Positions 39,366 through 49,222 of a DNA stretch of 64,000 nt are shown one piece after another. The stretch covers positions 1,408,001 to 1,472,000 of the forward strand of contig CAWETI010000003.1 in assembly GCA_963812015.1 (NCBI GenBank). Direction: 5' to 3'. Position 1 is the first letter of the stretch. Each line of letters opens with the position of its first letter. The stretch is from an uncultured delta proteobacterium (lineage in GTDB: Bacteria > Desulfobacterota > Desulfobaccia > Desulfobaccales > 0-14-0-80-60-11). Made by a program: the position numbers and the translations under genes. The notes beneath the pieces were generated by a model, which ran no database searches, was not told the origin of the DNA, and saw nothing but the letters and a program-made list of their open reading frames with translations.

Positions 39366-40109
39366 CTAGGCCTCCAGAAAGTCGACTTCCCCCCGGATGA
39401 AACTCTGGACCACCGGGTCCGGATGGCTTTGAATCTCCTCGGGGGTGCCCGCCGCAATGATGCGGCCCTTGTAGAGCATCGCCACCTGATGAGCCACATG
39501 GAAGACTTCGGGAATGTCGTGGCTCACCATCAAAGCCGTATAGCCGCTCTCCTGATGGGTCTTGGTGATGAGATGGAAGACGGTGTTGGTCATGGGCGGG
39601 TCCAGCCCGGTGACCGGCTCATCATAGAACATGATCTCCGGCTCCTGAATCATGGCCCGGGCCAGGGCCACCCGCTTTTTCATGCCGCCGCTCAGTTCGT
39701 CGGGAAACTTGTCCTCCACCTCAGAAGTCAGGGACATCTGGGTCAGGCGCTCCCGCACCCGCTTAGCGATCTCGGCTTCCGACAGCCGGGTTTTTTCCCG
39801 CAGCGGAAAGGCAATATTTTCAAAGACGCTGAGTGAGTCAAACAGGGCGCCGCCTTGAAAGAGCACCGCGATGCGCCGTTTGAATTCCCGCAGGCTGGAG
39901 CCCCTCAGCAAGGAGATGTCCTGGCCGTCCACGAGGATTTGGCCGGAGTCGGGTTTAATGAGGCCGATGATATGCTTCAAGAGCACGCTTTTGCCCACCC
40001 CGCTCTTGCCGATTACCACCGTAATCTGGCCGGAGGGCAGCTCCAGATTGATGCCGTCCAGGACCTTGTGGCCCCTAAAAGATTTGACCAGGTCGATGAT
40101 CTTAATCAT
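39366..40109 (-). CDS. mlaF: MlaF ABC transporter ATPase
   Basis: GKSGVGKSVLLK, FQGGALFDSL, LSGGMKKRVALARA, YDEP. Confidence 0.93.
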   Translation of the reverse strand: MIKIIDLVKSFRGHKVLDGINLELPSGQITVVIGKSGVGKSVLLKHIIGLIKPDSGQILVDGQDISLLRGSSLREFKRRIAVLFQGGALFDSLSVFENIAFPLREKTRLSEAEIAKRVRERLTQMSLTSEVEDKFPDELSGGMKKRVALARAMIQEPEIMFYDEPVTGLDPPMTNTVFHLITKTHQESGYTALMVSHDIPEVFHVAHQVAMLYKGRIIAAGTPEEIQSHPDPVVQSFIRGEVDFLEA

Positions 40110-40112
40110 GGG

Positions 40113-40883
40113 TTACATGAAAAAAGACGTGAGCACGTAGTCCCACGCCAGGACCAGCACCGCCGACAGGACCACGGTCTGGTTGGTGGCCTTGCTCACG
40201 CCCTCGGCCCCGTGTTCGGTGTGATACCCCTTGTAGCAGGCCACCAGGATGATGGTGAGCCCGAACACCAGGGACTTGACGATGCCGCCGTGGATATCCA
40301 GGGGCACCACGCTCTGTCTCATGCTGGCGAAATAAGCCCCGGAGCTGACCCCCAAAAGGATAACGCCGACGAGATAGCCGCCGAGGATGCCCACCACGTC
40401 GAAGATGGCGGTGAGCAAGGGCACCCCGATGACGCCGGCCAGCAGTTTGGGCATCACCACGTATTGGATCGGGTTGACGGCCATGGTGTCCATGGCGTCC
40501 AACTGTTCGGTGATCCGCATGATGCCGATCTCGGCGGTGACTGCGGACCCGGCCCGGGCCGAGACCATGATGCCGGTGAGCACCGGACCCATCTCCCGAA
40601 TCAGGCCCAGGGCCACCACCGACCCCAACGCCCCTTCGGAGCCATACTGCTTCAGGGTGTAATAGCCTTGCAGGGCCATGACCATGCCGGTAAAGGCGCC
40701 GGTGAGCATCACGATCAGGGTGGATTTGACCCCGATCTTATGAATTTCCTGCAAGAGCCGCCGGAACCGGAAGGGCGGGAGAAAGGCCAGACCCAAGCTC
40801 TCCAGGAGGAAGAGCATCATGCCCCCGGCTTCTTGCACCAGATTTAATGACCGTTGGCCCAGCTGACGAACGAGGTTGGCCAT
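40113..40883 (-). CDS. mlaE: MlaE ABC transporter permease
   Basis: REMGPVL, RAGSAVTAEIGIMRITEQLDA, GAEGVSKAT. Confidence 0.95.
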   Translation of the reverse strand: MANLVRQLGQRSLNLVQEAGGMMLFLLESLGLAFLPPFRFRRLLQEIHKIGVKSTLIVMLTGAFTGMVMALQGYYTLKQYGSEGALGSVVALGLIREMGPVLTGIMVSARAGSAVTAEIGIMRITEQLDAMDTMAVNPIQYVVMPKLLAGVIGVPLLTAIFDVVGILGGYLVGVILLGVSSGAYFASMRQSVVPLDIHGGIVKSLVFGLTIILVACYKGYHTEHGAEGVSKATNQTVVLSAVLVLAWDYVLTSFFM

Positions 40884-41104
40884 GTGGTATCCCGATAAAA
40901 AGTTAAAATATACATTTAAATGAAAACCGGCCAAAAAGCAAGGGGGAAAGGGCCTGCGCCGGTGCGGCAAATGGGGAGAACCACAATCTGAGCGCATTCC
41001 TTCACGCACGGCCTCCCGATTCCGCCCCTCCTGGCGGGGGAACCTCAGCCCATAACTCTGCCCCGATACCCTTTTCGGAAAATCCCGCCAGAAGGATAAA
41101 ATCA

Positions 41105-41133
41105 TTGACGGCCCGAACAACTCTGATTAACAT
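41105..41133 (+). promoter_or_regulatory. Putative sigma70 promoter of gap-pgk-tpiA
   Basis: TTGACG-17 nt-TAACAT. Confidence 0.55.
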
Positions 41134-41192
41134 TAAGCCGTGAATAGTAAGCGTTCAGGCCCATTAGCCGGCGTGCGGGAACTGGAGGGGCA

Positions 41193-42209
41193 ATGGCGGT
41201 CAGGGTAGCCATTAATGGCTTCGGGCGTATCGGCCGGTGTCTTACCCGTCTCATGGCCACCACCGATAAGGACCTGGAACTCGTGGCCATCAACTCCCGG
41301 GCCGACCTAGCCAGGGATATCCACCTCTTTAAATATGATTCGGTCCACGGCCGGTTCACGGGCACCGTTGCGGCCCATGGAGAAAACCTTATCCTTAACG
41401 ACCGCGAGGTGCGGGTCACCCGGATTACGGAGCCGGAAGGCCTCCCCTGGAAGGAGTTGGGGGTGGAAATCGTCCTGGAATCCACCGGGGCCTTTCGGGA
41501 CCGGGCTTCCAATGAAGGGCATCTGAAGGCCGGGGCGAAACGAGTCATCCTGGGGGCGCCCGGGAAAAAGCTCGACGCCACCTTTGTCTATGGGGTGAAT
41601 CATTGGGACTTCGACCCGGCCTGCCACCGGATCATCTCCAATGCCTCCTGCACCACCAACTGTCTGGCGCCGGTGGTCAAGGTGCTGCATGATACCTTCG
41701 GCCTCGAATACGGTCTGATGACCACCTGTCATTCTTATACCATGGATCAACGCCTCCTGGATGGCTCCCATAGCGACCTCAGACGGGCCCGGGCCGCCTG
41801 TCTGTCCATGGTGCCCACCTCCACCGGCGCCGCCCGGGCGGTCACCGAGGTCTTGCCGGCCCTGGCCGGCCGTCTGGACGGTCTCTCCGTGAGGGTCCCC
41901 ACCCCCAATGTGTCCCTGGTGGACCTGGTGGCTACGGTGACCCGGCCCACCACCAAAGAGGAAGTGAACCAGGCCTTCGTGGCGGCCCAGGCAGGGTCCC
42001 TGGAGGGGGTTCTGGCCGTGTCCTTCGAGCCTTTGGTGTCCACGGACTACAACGGCTCCGGCTTTTCCGCCGTGGTGGATGCCGAACTCACCAACGTCAT
42101 GGGCGGAACCCTGGTAAAGGTGATGGCCTGGTACGATAACGAGATGGGTTTTGCCAATCGGATGCTGGACCTGGCGTTGCATGTTGGCCGCCATAAGGTT
42201 AATCTGTAA
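41193..42209 (+). CDS. gap: Glyceraldehyde-3-phosphate dehydrogenase, type I
   Basis: INGFGRIGR, SNASCTTNCLAP, PTSTGAA, WYDNE. Confidence 0.98.
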   Translation: MAVRVAINGFGRIGRCLTRLMATTDKDLELVAINSRADLARDIHLFKYDSVHGRFTGTVAAHGENLILNDREVRVTRITEPEGLPWKELGVEIVLESTGAFRDRASNEGHLKAGAKRVILGAPGKKLDATFVYGVNHWDFDPACHRIISNASCTTNCLAPVVKVLHDTFGLEYGLMTTCHSYTMDQRLLDGSHSDLRRARAACLSMVPTSTGAARAVTEVLPALAGRLDGLSVRVPTPNVSLVDLVATVTRPTTKEEVNQAFVAAQAGSLEGVLAVSFEPLVSTDYNGSGFSAVVDAELTNVMGGTLVKVMAWYDNEMGFANRMLDLALHVGRHKVNL

Positions 42210-42225
42210 GCAATAGGAGCTCCCA

Positions 42226-43428
42226 GTGAAATATATCGATGAAATTGACATCAAGGGCAAGACCCTCTTTATCCGGGTAGATTTTAACGTCCCTCTGGAT
42301 CAGAACCGCAACATCACGGACGACACCCGCATCCGGGCCGTGTTGCCCACCATCAATTATTGCCTGGAAGCCGATGCCAAGGTCATCCTGGCTTCTCATC
42401 TGGGGCGGCCCAAAGGTCAGCGGATGGAGGAGTTCTCCCTGGCGCCGGTGGCCCGGCGGCTGGCGTACCGGTTGCACAAGAAGGTGGGGCTGGCGCCGAA
42501 TTGCGTCGGTCCCGAAACGGATAAGGCTAAGGCAGAAATGAACCCCGGGGATGTGCTCCTCCTGGACAACCTGCGCTATCATCCCGAGGAAGAGAAAAAT
42601 GACCAGGATTTTGCCCGGGAATTGATGAAAGGCATCGACGTCTACGTGGACGACGCCTTCGCGGTGGCCCACCGGGCCCATGCCTCGGTGGAAGCGGTCA
42701 CCCATTTCGCCCCCATCTGCGTCGGCGGATTCCTGATGCGGGATGAGGTGCATTACTTTCACCGGGCCATGGAAGACCCGGCCCGCCCCCTGGCGGCCCT
42801 CATCGGCGGCGCCAAGATCTCCGGCAAGCTTACGGCTCTCAAGAATCTTTTGCAGCACGTCGACAAGATGATCATCGGCGGGGCCATGGCCAACACCTTT
42901 CTTAAAGCCATGGGCTATGAAGTGGGGAAATCCCTGGTGGAGGACAGCCTGTTGGAGGCCGCCAAGGAGACTATGGCCGAGGCCTTGCAAAGGAACGTCA
43001 AATTCTATCTGCCGGTGGACTGCGTGGTGGCCGACCGGCTGGACAAGCAGGCCGAAACCAAGATCATTCCGGTACAGGAAGTGCCCCGGGACTGGCTCAT
43101 CACCGACATCGGGCCCGCCACCGTGACCCTCTTCGGCGAGGCCCTGCAGAACGCCAAGACCATTGTCTGGAACGGGCCCATGGGGGCCTTCGAATACGAC
43201 GCCTTCAGCCGGGGCACCATGGCCATGGTGCAGAAGGTGGCGGATTCCTATGCCCTGACCATCGTGGGCGGCGGCGACACCGATGTGGCCCTGCATAAGG
43301 CCGGGGACTTCCAGAAATTCTCCTATGTCTCCACCGGCGGCGGCGCCTTCATCGAACTGCTGGAAGGCAAGAAGTTGCCCGGCATCCAGGCCCTGGAAGA
43401 ATGGTCCCGGAGGCATCCGGATGCCTAA
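42226..43428 (+). CDS. pgk: Phosphoglycerate kinase
   Basis: RVDFNVP, SHLGRP, WNGPMG.FE, GGGDT, STGGGA. Confidence 0.98.
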   Translation: MKYIDEIDIKGKTLFIRVDFNVPLDQNRNITDDTRIRAVLPTINYCLEADAKVILASHLGRPKGQRMEEFSLAPVARRLAYRLHKKVGLAPNCVGPETDKAKAEMNPGDVLLLDNLRYHPEEEKNDQDFARELMKGIDVYVDDAFAVAHRAHASVEAVTHFAPICVGGFLMRDEVHYFHRAMEDPARPLAALIGGAKISGKLTALKNLLQHVDKMIIGGAMANTFLKAMGYEVGKSLVEDSLLEAAKETMAEALQRNVKFYLPVDCVVADRLDKQAETKIIPVQEVPRDWLITDIGPATVTLFGEALQNAKTIVWNGPMGAFEYDAFSRGTMAMVQKVADSYALTIVGGGDTDVALHKAGDFQKFSYVSTGGGAFIELLEGKKLPGIQALEEWSRRHPDA

Positions 43429-44173
43429 CCGCCAGCCCTTTATCGCCGGAAACTGGAAGATGCACAAGACCCTGGTCGAGGCCAGGGCTCTGGCCGCAGC
43501 TATCCGGGACGGGGTGGCTCCGGGCCGGCGGGCCGAGGTGGCCCTGGCCCCGCCCTATACCGCCCTGGCCGCGGTGGCCGATGCCCTGGCCGGGTCCGAC
43601 ATCCGTCTGGCCGCCCAGGACACCTTCTGGGAGAGGCAGGGCGCCTACACCGGGGCCATCTCCTCCATGATGCTGGCCGATGTGGGCTGCCACTACGTCA
43701 TCGTCGGGCATTCGGAGCGGCGCCTGCACTTCGGCGAGACCAATCACACGGTCAACCTGAAGCTTAAGGCGGTCCTGGCCGCGGGGCTCAAGGTCATCCT
43801 GTGCGTGGGCGAAACCAAAGAAGAACGGGAATCGGGCCTCACCATCCACCGGGTGGGGGAGCAGCTCCGGGAGGGACTGGCGGCTGTGGACGCCGCGCCG
43901 GACCAACTGGTCATCGCCTACGAACCGGTGTGGGCCATCGGTACGGGCCTCACCGCCACCCCGGCCCAGGCCCAGGAAGTGCATTTTTTTATCAGGCAGG
44001 AACTGTCCCGCCTCCTGGGCGCTGGTGATCCCTACCGCATTCAGTACGGCGGCAGCGTCACCCTGGACAACGCCGCCACCCTCCTGGCCCAGCCGGATAT
44101 CGACGGCGCCCTGGTGGGCGGGGCCTCTCTGAAGCCCGAGTTGTTCTTGCCGATTATCCATGCGGCGGGGTAG
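43421..44173 (+). CDS. tpiA: Triosephosphate isomerase
   Basis: [35 protein letters not shown]. Confidence 0.98.
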   Translation: MPNRQPFIAGNWKMHKTLVEARALAAAIRDGVAPGRRAEVALAPPYTALAAVADALAGSDIRLAAQDTFWERQGAYTGAISSMMLADVGCHYVIVGHSERRLHFGETNHTVNLKLKAVLAAGLKVILCVGETKEERESGLTIHRVGEQLREGLAAVDAAPDQLVIAYEPVWAIGTGLTATPAQAQEVHFFIRQELSRLLGAGDPYRIQYGGSVTLDNAATLLAQPDIDGALVGGASLKPELFLPIIHAAG

Positions 44174-44333
44174 CGCCCCGGGGGATTTCCGCCTATCGGC
44201 CATCGGGCTGCCTGGATAAACCTGACGCATGATTCGGCAATGATAAGGGAGGGCTCCGTGGTCCCGGGAATCGGCTGGCTGGCCTGATAAATGCCGGATT
44301 CCGGCATCGTCAGGGGTGAGGCGGCGAAAATGC

Positions 44334-44362
44334 TTGCGCCCGGACGGGGTTTTTTCTATATT
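44334..44362 (+). promoter_or_regulatory. Putative sigma70 promoter of secG-tRNA-Leu
   Basis: TTGCGC-17 nt-TATATT. Confidence 0.45.
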
Positions 44363-44373
44363 ATACAGTTGAT

Positions 44374-44700
44374 ATGACTACCATCGTCGTTATTATCCAT
44401 GTGATCGTGTCCCTGGCCCTGATCTTTATCGTGCTCTTGCAGCACGGCAAGGGCGCCGGCATCGGCGCGGCTTTCGGCGGCTCCAGCCAGACGGTCTTCG
44501 GCTCCACCGGGGCCGCGCCGTTCCTGGCCAAAATCACCGCGGTGGTCGCCATTCTCTTTATGTGCACTTCCCTCGGCCTGACCTTCATGGGCCGGCAGCA
44601 GGCCCCTTCGGTGATGCAGGGGGTGGGAAAACCGGGAGCCAGCCAACCGGCCCCGGCCACCCCGGCCCCGCCGGCTCCTGCCGCACCGCAAAGCAAATGA
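44374..44700 (+). CDS. secG: Preprotein translocase subunit SecG
   Basis: VLLQHGKGAGIGAAFGGSSQTVFGS; tpiA-secG-tRNA-Leu synteny. Confidence 0.96.
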   Translation: MTTIVVIIHVIVSLALIFIVLLQHGKGAGIGAAFGGSSQTVFGSTGAAPFLAKITAVVAILFMCTSLGLTFMGRQQAPSVMQGVGKPGASQPAPATPAPPAPAAPQSK

Positions 44701-44710
44701 CCATCCATGT

Positions 44711-44797
44711 GCCGAAGTGGTGGAACCTGGTAGACACGCCATCTTGAGGGGGTGGTGGGGAATACCCGTGCGGGTTCAAATCCCGCCTTCGGCACCA
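44711..44797 (+). tRNA. tRNA-Leu (GAG)
   Basis: GCCGAAGTGGTGGAA..GGTAGACACGCCATCTTGAGGGGGTGG..GGGTTCAAATCCCGCCTTCGGCACCA; long variable arm. Confidence 0.97.
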
Positions 44798-44858
44798 GTT
44801 CTTTAATTAAGGCGTAATCTCAAGAGGTTACGCCTTTGGTTTTGAGGTTCCGCCCCCC

Positions 44859-44947
44859 TTTGTCACGAATTTGTCACGGTTTTTTGTGGGCTGATGGGGC
44901 ATTTATCGTGATTACTCCACCCGTGACACCCGTGACAACAGTCACGG
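44859..44947. repeat. Putative integrase arm-type binding sites
   Basis: TTTGTCACG at 44859 and 44870; inverted CGTGACA at 44922 and 44931; GTCACG at 44941. Confidence 0.6.
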
Positions 44948-44952
44948 ATTGC

Positions 44953-46134
44953 CTATTCACTCTCACCCCTTACCAGGCTGAAAGTCTGTCCTGGACTGGC
45001 CTTCGGCCCCCGCAAGGTTTTTACCAAGTCTTTTTTCCCTTCCCCCGGGATCCAGTGACCGTAAATATCTACCGTGATCGAGATGGAGCTATGCCCTAAC
45101 TGTTTTTGCACATAGGCGGGCGAGTAGTGGTCCATCAGCAGCATGGAGGCGTAAGTATGCCGGAGATCGTGGGGATTGTGAATCCGGAGCCGGGCGGCCT
45201 TACATCCTTGCTGCATGGCCCGCTGGACCATGCGCTGGGTGATCCCTGGGAAGAGGTAGGGGCTCGGCAACCTGCCATCGGCTAGGCTCTCTTTCCGCAT
45301 CTTTTTGATGTAGACCTCCAGCTTGCCCACCAGGGTTTCATCCAGATCAATCAGCCTTTTGCCACTTTTCGGCGGCCCAAAGCGGCCCGCCCGGGTGGTC
45401 TCAGTCACATAATATTGACCGTTATGAGCGTCCAGGTTCTCCACAGTCATTGCCAAGGCTTCCCCTAAACGCAGACCGGCCATTGCCATCACTTCCAAGA
45501 TCAGGGGATAAGGTTCAAGAAGTTTATCCCAGGCGGCCTTTAGAAAATTTTCCAGGTCTTGCCGGGATAAGGGATCCGGCTCGTTGCGGACCCTCTTTTT
45601 CTTGGAAGGCAGGAGCCGCTTGAGCAGTCCATGAGCCGGGTTAACCTCGGTATAGCCCAACTCGTTGCCTTCGGTGAAAATACCGGAAATCACAGCATGC
45701 ACTACTTCCACGGTTTTTGGCGATCGGATTTTAAGCAGGTCGGCTAGAAGCCGCTTCACCTGGGCCTTATCCACTTGCTCCAGTAGCAGCTTTTCCAGGG
45801 GTCGCAGAAATTCCCGGACAATGCATTCATACCGCTCCTTAGTGCCGGGGCGCCACCGGGCAGCATTGAGTTCATACCATTCTTGGGCCAGCATCCCAAA
45901 GGTCATATCTGTCGCTTCTCTCATAAGAGTCAGGCCCAAACTGGCTGCCAGATTTTCGGCTGCTTTAACCGCCTTCTTAAAATTGTCTTCCCCTTTACCA
46001 ATAGCCTTCTTCTTCCTATGGCTCGCCCTCCTTAAGATTACCTCCCAACTCCCAAATTCATTGAGGCTGACGAAAATCCCTTCTGAAATTTGATAGATGG
46101 GGCCATGCTTGCCTTCCCTCTGCGGGTAACTCAC
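44953..46134 (-). CDS. int: Tyrosine recombinase / phage integrase
   Basis: GLRLGEA (R), PKSGK (K), HDLRHTYA (HxxR), LGHSSISIT.DIYGH (H, Y). Confidence 0.96.
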   Translation of the reverse strand: MSYPQREGKHGPIYQISEGIFVSLNEFGSWEVILRRASHRKKKAIGKGEDNFKKAVKAAENLAASLGLTLMREATDMTFGMLAQEWYELNAARWRPGTKERYECIVREFLRPLEKLLLEQVDKAQVKRLLADLLKIRSPKTVEVVHAVISGIFTEGNELGYTEVNPAHGLLKRLLPSKKKRVRNEPDPLSRQDLENFLKAAWDKLLEPYPLILEVMAMAGLRLGEALAMTVENLDAHNGQYYVTETTRAGRFGPPKSGKRLIDLDETLVGKLEVYIKKMRKESLADGRLPSPYLFPGITQRMVQRAMQQGCKAARLRIHNPHDLRHTYASMLLMDHYSPAYVQKQLGHSSISITVDIYGHWIPGEGKKDLVKTLRGPKASPGQTFSLVRGESE

Positions 46135-46135
46135 T

Positions 46136-46393
46136 CTACACCTCCTTCATAACCTGGTCCCATATGGCATTCAGGTCAGTGGAGGTGCCGTTGCGGAACT
46201 GCTTTACCCAGACATCAAACTCGCTTCTCCTCACCCGGATACAGCGGCCGATCCGGTAATGAGGCATGTTAAAATCATGTAGCCATTTTTTCAAGGTATT
46301 TCTGGAAACAGAAGCATAGACCGCCAATCCCGAAAGAGAAAAGTATTCAGGCGAAAAAGTTGATAAGTTCTTAATGGAGATAAAATCGGTCAT
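46136..46393 (-). CDS. Excisionase-like helix-turn-helix protein
   Basis: YFSLSGLAVYASVSRNTLKKWL..MPHYRIGRCIRVRRSEFDVWV; abuts the integrase start. Confidence 0.85.
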   Translation of the reverse strand: MTDFISIKNLSTFSPEYFSLSGLAVYASVSRNTLKKWLHDFNMPHYRIGRCIRVRRSEFDVWVKQFRNGTSTDLNAIWDQVMKEV

Positions 46394-46545
46394 CTCTTAT
46401 AGTTGCTTATCTAATGCTTCCGGACCATGCCCAAGGGCCACAGAACTGGGGACATTAAGGAAAATCCATTTTCACACCATCGCCCAACCCCAGCTCACAA
46501 ACTGACAATAAATTGCCCGTTTTCTACTGAGCCTCATTTTTCCTT

Positions 46546-48465
46546 CTACTTAAAAAAAGTGCCCCAGGGCCGGCCGGTCACTGGGTTGATTCCCCTCTCC
46601 TCCGCCACCGGCCGCGGCCGTTCGGGCTCTGGCTTCGGCAACACCTTTACCCCGCCCCAGCATTCCGGGTCGGCCATGGCCAGGGCGTAGATGATAGTAT
46701 CCAGGTAATGGTTAGCCTGCCGCCCCTGCTGGGCCCAGAGCCAACGGCCCCTTTTGTCCCGCTCCTTGGCCTCGGCGGTGAGCTGCCTGACAAAGTCCTC
46801 CCCAGTGTCGGCGTGGAAGTGGACCCGGCCCGACTCCACCCGGGACCAGAAGGCGTCCTTTAAGGCATTGGTGTCCAGGGACCAGAGCCGTATGCCGCCG
46901 GGAATAGGCCGGCCTTGGCCCGGCATACGGTCGATGAGGCTCATCACCATCTTGCGGCCCCCCGCCAGGGCCCGGGAGGCGCCCTTGGTCCCGAAGACCC
47001 GACCCCGGCCCCGCAGCCGCAGCCATTCATATGCCTGTTCCGTAAGGCTGGCGTCGCCCGCCTCCCCTTCACCACCGCCGGTGTCGAGGGCTCCGCGCCA
47101 CACCGGATAGGCTAGGGAACCGTCCCGAGTGCGGTAGACGTCCTGGAAAAGCCAGATCTCCAGTTCGGTGAAGTCCGAGAGCCAACCGTAGCGGATGAGA
47201 TGCTGATTGACGGCCCCGCTCGCGGTCTGCTCCCAGGCCCAGATGGAGCACCACAAACCCCGGCGCTGGTTATCGATTCCCGCGGTCAGGGCCAGGGTAT
47301 TGTCTGGGACCTCCAGGGCCGGCCGCGCGGTACACAATTCCAGGAGGGCTGAGGCTTCCCGCGGCTTCACCACCTCTTTCCAGGGCAGGCCCAGCCATAG
47401 ATTGACAAAGGTCTTGTACTGCTCCCGGTCCTCTTTGACCTCCCAATATTTGGCGGCGATCTCGGCCAGAGTGGCAAAAGGCGAATTCAGAGCGTTCCAA
47501 TGATAGCCGACATGCGAGGTTAGTGGGGGCAGCCCCTGCCCCTGCGGGTCCCAACCTTCCGGCAGCCAGTTTCCCCGAGTCAACATTCCCGGCAGCTTGC
47601 CTTGCTCAATCTCCGCCTGGCAATGGATGCATTCATAAACTGCCGGCCGCTCCAGCTTGACATAATCGGGGTGCCGCTTGTCCTTGGGCCACTCCAGCCG
47701 TTTCTCGCCCCGGTGCTTTACCTGCCAGAAATCCAGTACCTGGTAACCGCCACACTCGGAGCAGGGCATCCAATAGCGGCGACGGTCGGAACGCTGATAA
47801 TCGGTATTGATGAAGCCCTCGGGGACGGTCGGGGTACAGGCCGTAACGATCTTGCGGTTCCAGAAGGTGCGCCCCCGCATCTCTGCCATCTGCGTAGGCG
47901 AACCCTGGCCCTCCACGTCAGCGGGATACTTGTCCGTCTCATCCTCAAAAATATAGCGGGCCTCGAATTCACCCAGGTCGGCAGCGCTGCCCGCAGTGGC
48001 GAAGATGATCTCCAGGTTGTTCAGGATGATGGACTTCTTTTGCAGATCGTCGGGGTTGTCAGTCAGGTGCTCGGCGAGTTTTGGACTCTCCTTGATCATC
48101 CGCTGGATACGCCGGCAGGCCCGCTTCACGGACTTTTCCGTCGGCCCCACCCATAGGACCGGCCCCGGATCTTGGCAGATGACATAGCCCAGCATATTGA
48201 GCAGGATTTCGGTTTTGACCGAACGGGCCGAAGCCATCAGGGTGATCCGCTCCACCTGCGGATCGGTGAAGGCATCCATGGGTCCGCAGGCGAATGGTGC
48301 CAGGCGGTTGCTCCAGCGCCCGGGGATGGAGGCGTCTTTGGGAAATTCCCGGTAGCGCTCGGCCCACTGGCTCACCGTCAGATCCTCCGGCAGGGCCAGG
48401 GCGGCGCGCTCAAGGGGCCACCAGTTAATATGAGGCAAAAAGGTCTCGACTGATTCGTGGTTCAT
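46546..48465 (-). CDS. Terminase large subunit, lambda GpA family
   Basis: PGRW..PMDAF, ASARSVKTE P-loop, DETDKYP Walker B, CTPT, CxxC..CxxC, NLWLGLPW, TAGIDNQ, LDTGG, NHYLDTIIYA. Confidence 0.93.
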   Translation of the reverse strand: MNHESVETFLPHINWWPLERAALALPEDLTVSQWAERYREFPKDASIPGRWSNRLAPFACGPMDAFTDPQVERITLMASARSVKTEILLNMLGYVICQDPGPVLWVGPTEKSVKRACRRIQRMIKESPKLAEHLTDNPDDLQKKSIILNNLEIIFATAGSAADLGEFEARYIFEDETDKYPADVEGQGSPTQMAEMRGRTFWNRKIVTACTPTVPEGFINTDYQRSDRRRYWMPCSECGGYQVLDFWQVKHRGEKRLEWPKDKRHPDYVKLERPAVYECIHCQAEIEQGKLPGMLTRGNWLPEGWDPQGQGLPPLTSHVGYHWNALNSPFATLAEIAAKYWEVKEDREQYKTFVNLWLGLPWKEVVKPREASALLELCTARPALEVPDNTLALTAGIDNQRRGLWCSIWAWEQTASGAVNQHLIRYGWLSDFTELEIWLFQDVYRTRDGSLAYPVWRGALDTGGGEGEAGDASLTEQAYEWLRLRGRGRVFGTKGASRALAGGRKMVMSLIDRMPGQGRPIPGGIRLWSLDTNALKDAFWSRVESGRVHFHADTGEDFVRQLTAEAKERDKRGRWLWAQQGRQANHYLDTIIYALAMADPECWGGVKVLPKPEPERPRPVAEERGINPVTGRPWGTFFK

Positions 48466-48480
48466 TGTTGGTCTTTCACT

Positions 48481-49221
48481 TCATAAAGGCTTTATAACGT
48501 CCTGGGGCAAAATGGGGTCTTCGCTGGCCGCCTGTGTCCCGAACTTCTCCGGCAGCGGCCGGCAGATATTCTCCAGGTGCTCCCGGGCCACCCGGCTGAT
48601 GACCGCCTCTATTTCGCGCTCATTCGTGCAATAAATGAGCAGCGGCGGCAATAACCGAGCGAAGCCGAGCATAGAGACCTTGAAGGCCATGGCTCGGGCC
48701 GCAAATAACGCCTCTACCTCGCCCCGCTCCACCAACTCCCCCAATCGGGCCCGATATTCCAATTGCCGGACCAGGGCCTGATATTTTTTGCCTTCTTTGT
48801 CCCAAAAATCCTTGCCGCTTTCTTCCGGCAAATTCCACTGTCTCTGTTCTTGCTCCCCGGGGCGCCCTGGACCACGCACCCCCTGCTGCCTATCCCGCCA
48901 GGCCCGGATCTGGATCAGGTCGTAGCGCCCACCGGATAGGGAGGGCATTCCTTGTTTGTAAGCCCAGCGCTGGACCGTCCGCAAAGACTTCTTGAAATGC
49001 CCGGCCACCTTTTCCAAACTATCGACGATGCTATCGCTCGTCGCCTCCGGTTTTTCCTCGGGCTTACCTCTCAATTTTTTTTCTAATAATTCAAAAGACT
49101 TTACCTCTCCAGGGGTTAGGATCTCACCCCCTTGGATTTTTTTCAAAATATCCTGGTAGGCCTTAGCGGTGGCCTTCGGGCCCAGATTTAATAACTTTTC
49201 AGTATCCAGACCTTCAGTCAT
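48481..49221 (-). CDS. Terminase small subunit, Nu1-like
   Basis: VAGHFKKSLRTVQRW..QGMP..YDL winged HTH like lambda Nu1; LEYRARLGELVER coiled coil; directly upstream of terL. Confidence 0.8.
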   Translation of the reverse strand: MTEGLDTEKLLNLGPKATAKAYQDILKKIQGGEILTPGEVKSFELLEKKLRGKPEEKPEATSDSIVDSLEKVAGHFKKSLRTVQRWAYKQGMPSLSGGRYDLIQIRAWRDRQQGVRGPGRPGEQEQRQWNLPEESGKDFWDKEGKKYQALVRQLEYRARLGELVERGEVEALFAARAMAFKVSMLGFARLLPPLLIYCTNEREIEAVISRVAREHLENICRPLPEKFGTQAASEDPILPQDVIKPL

Positions 49222-49222
49222 T

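Noticed and set aside
44361..44795. 144-aa minus-strand ORF starting MPKAGFEPAR, and 31151-31819 over tRNA-Ala
   Set aside because: Translations of tRNA and secG sequence, not genes
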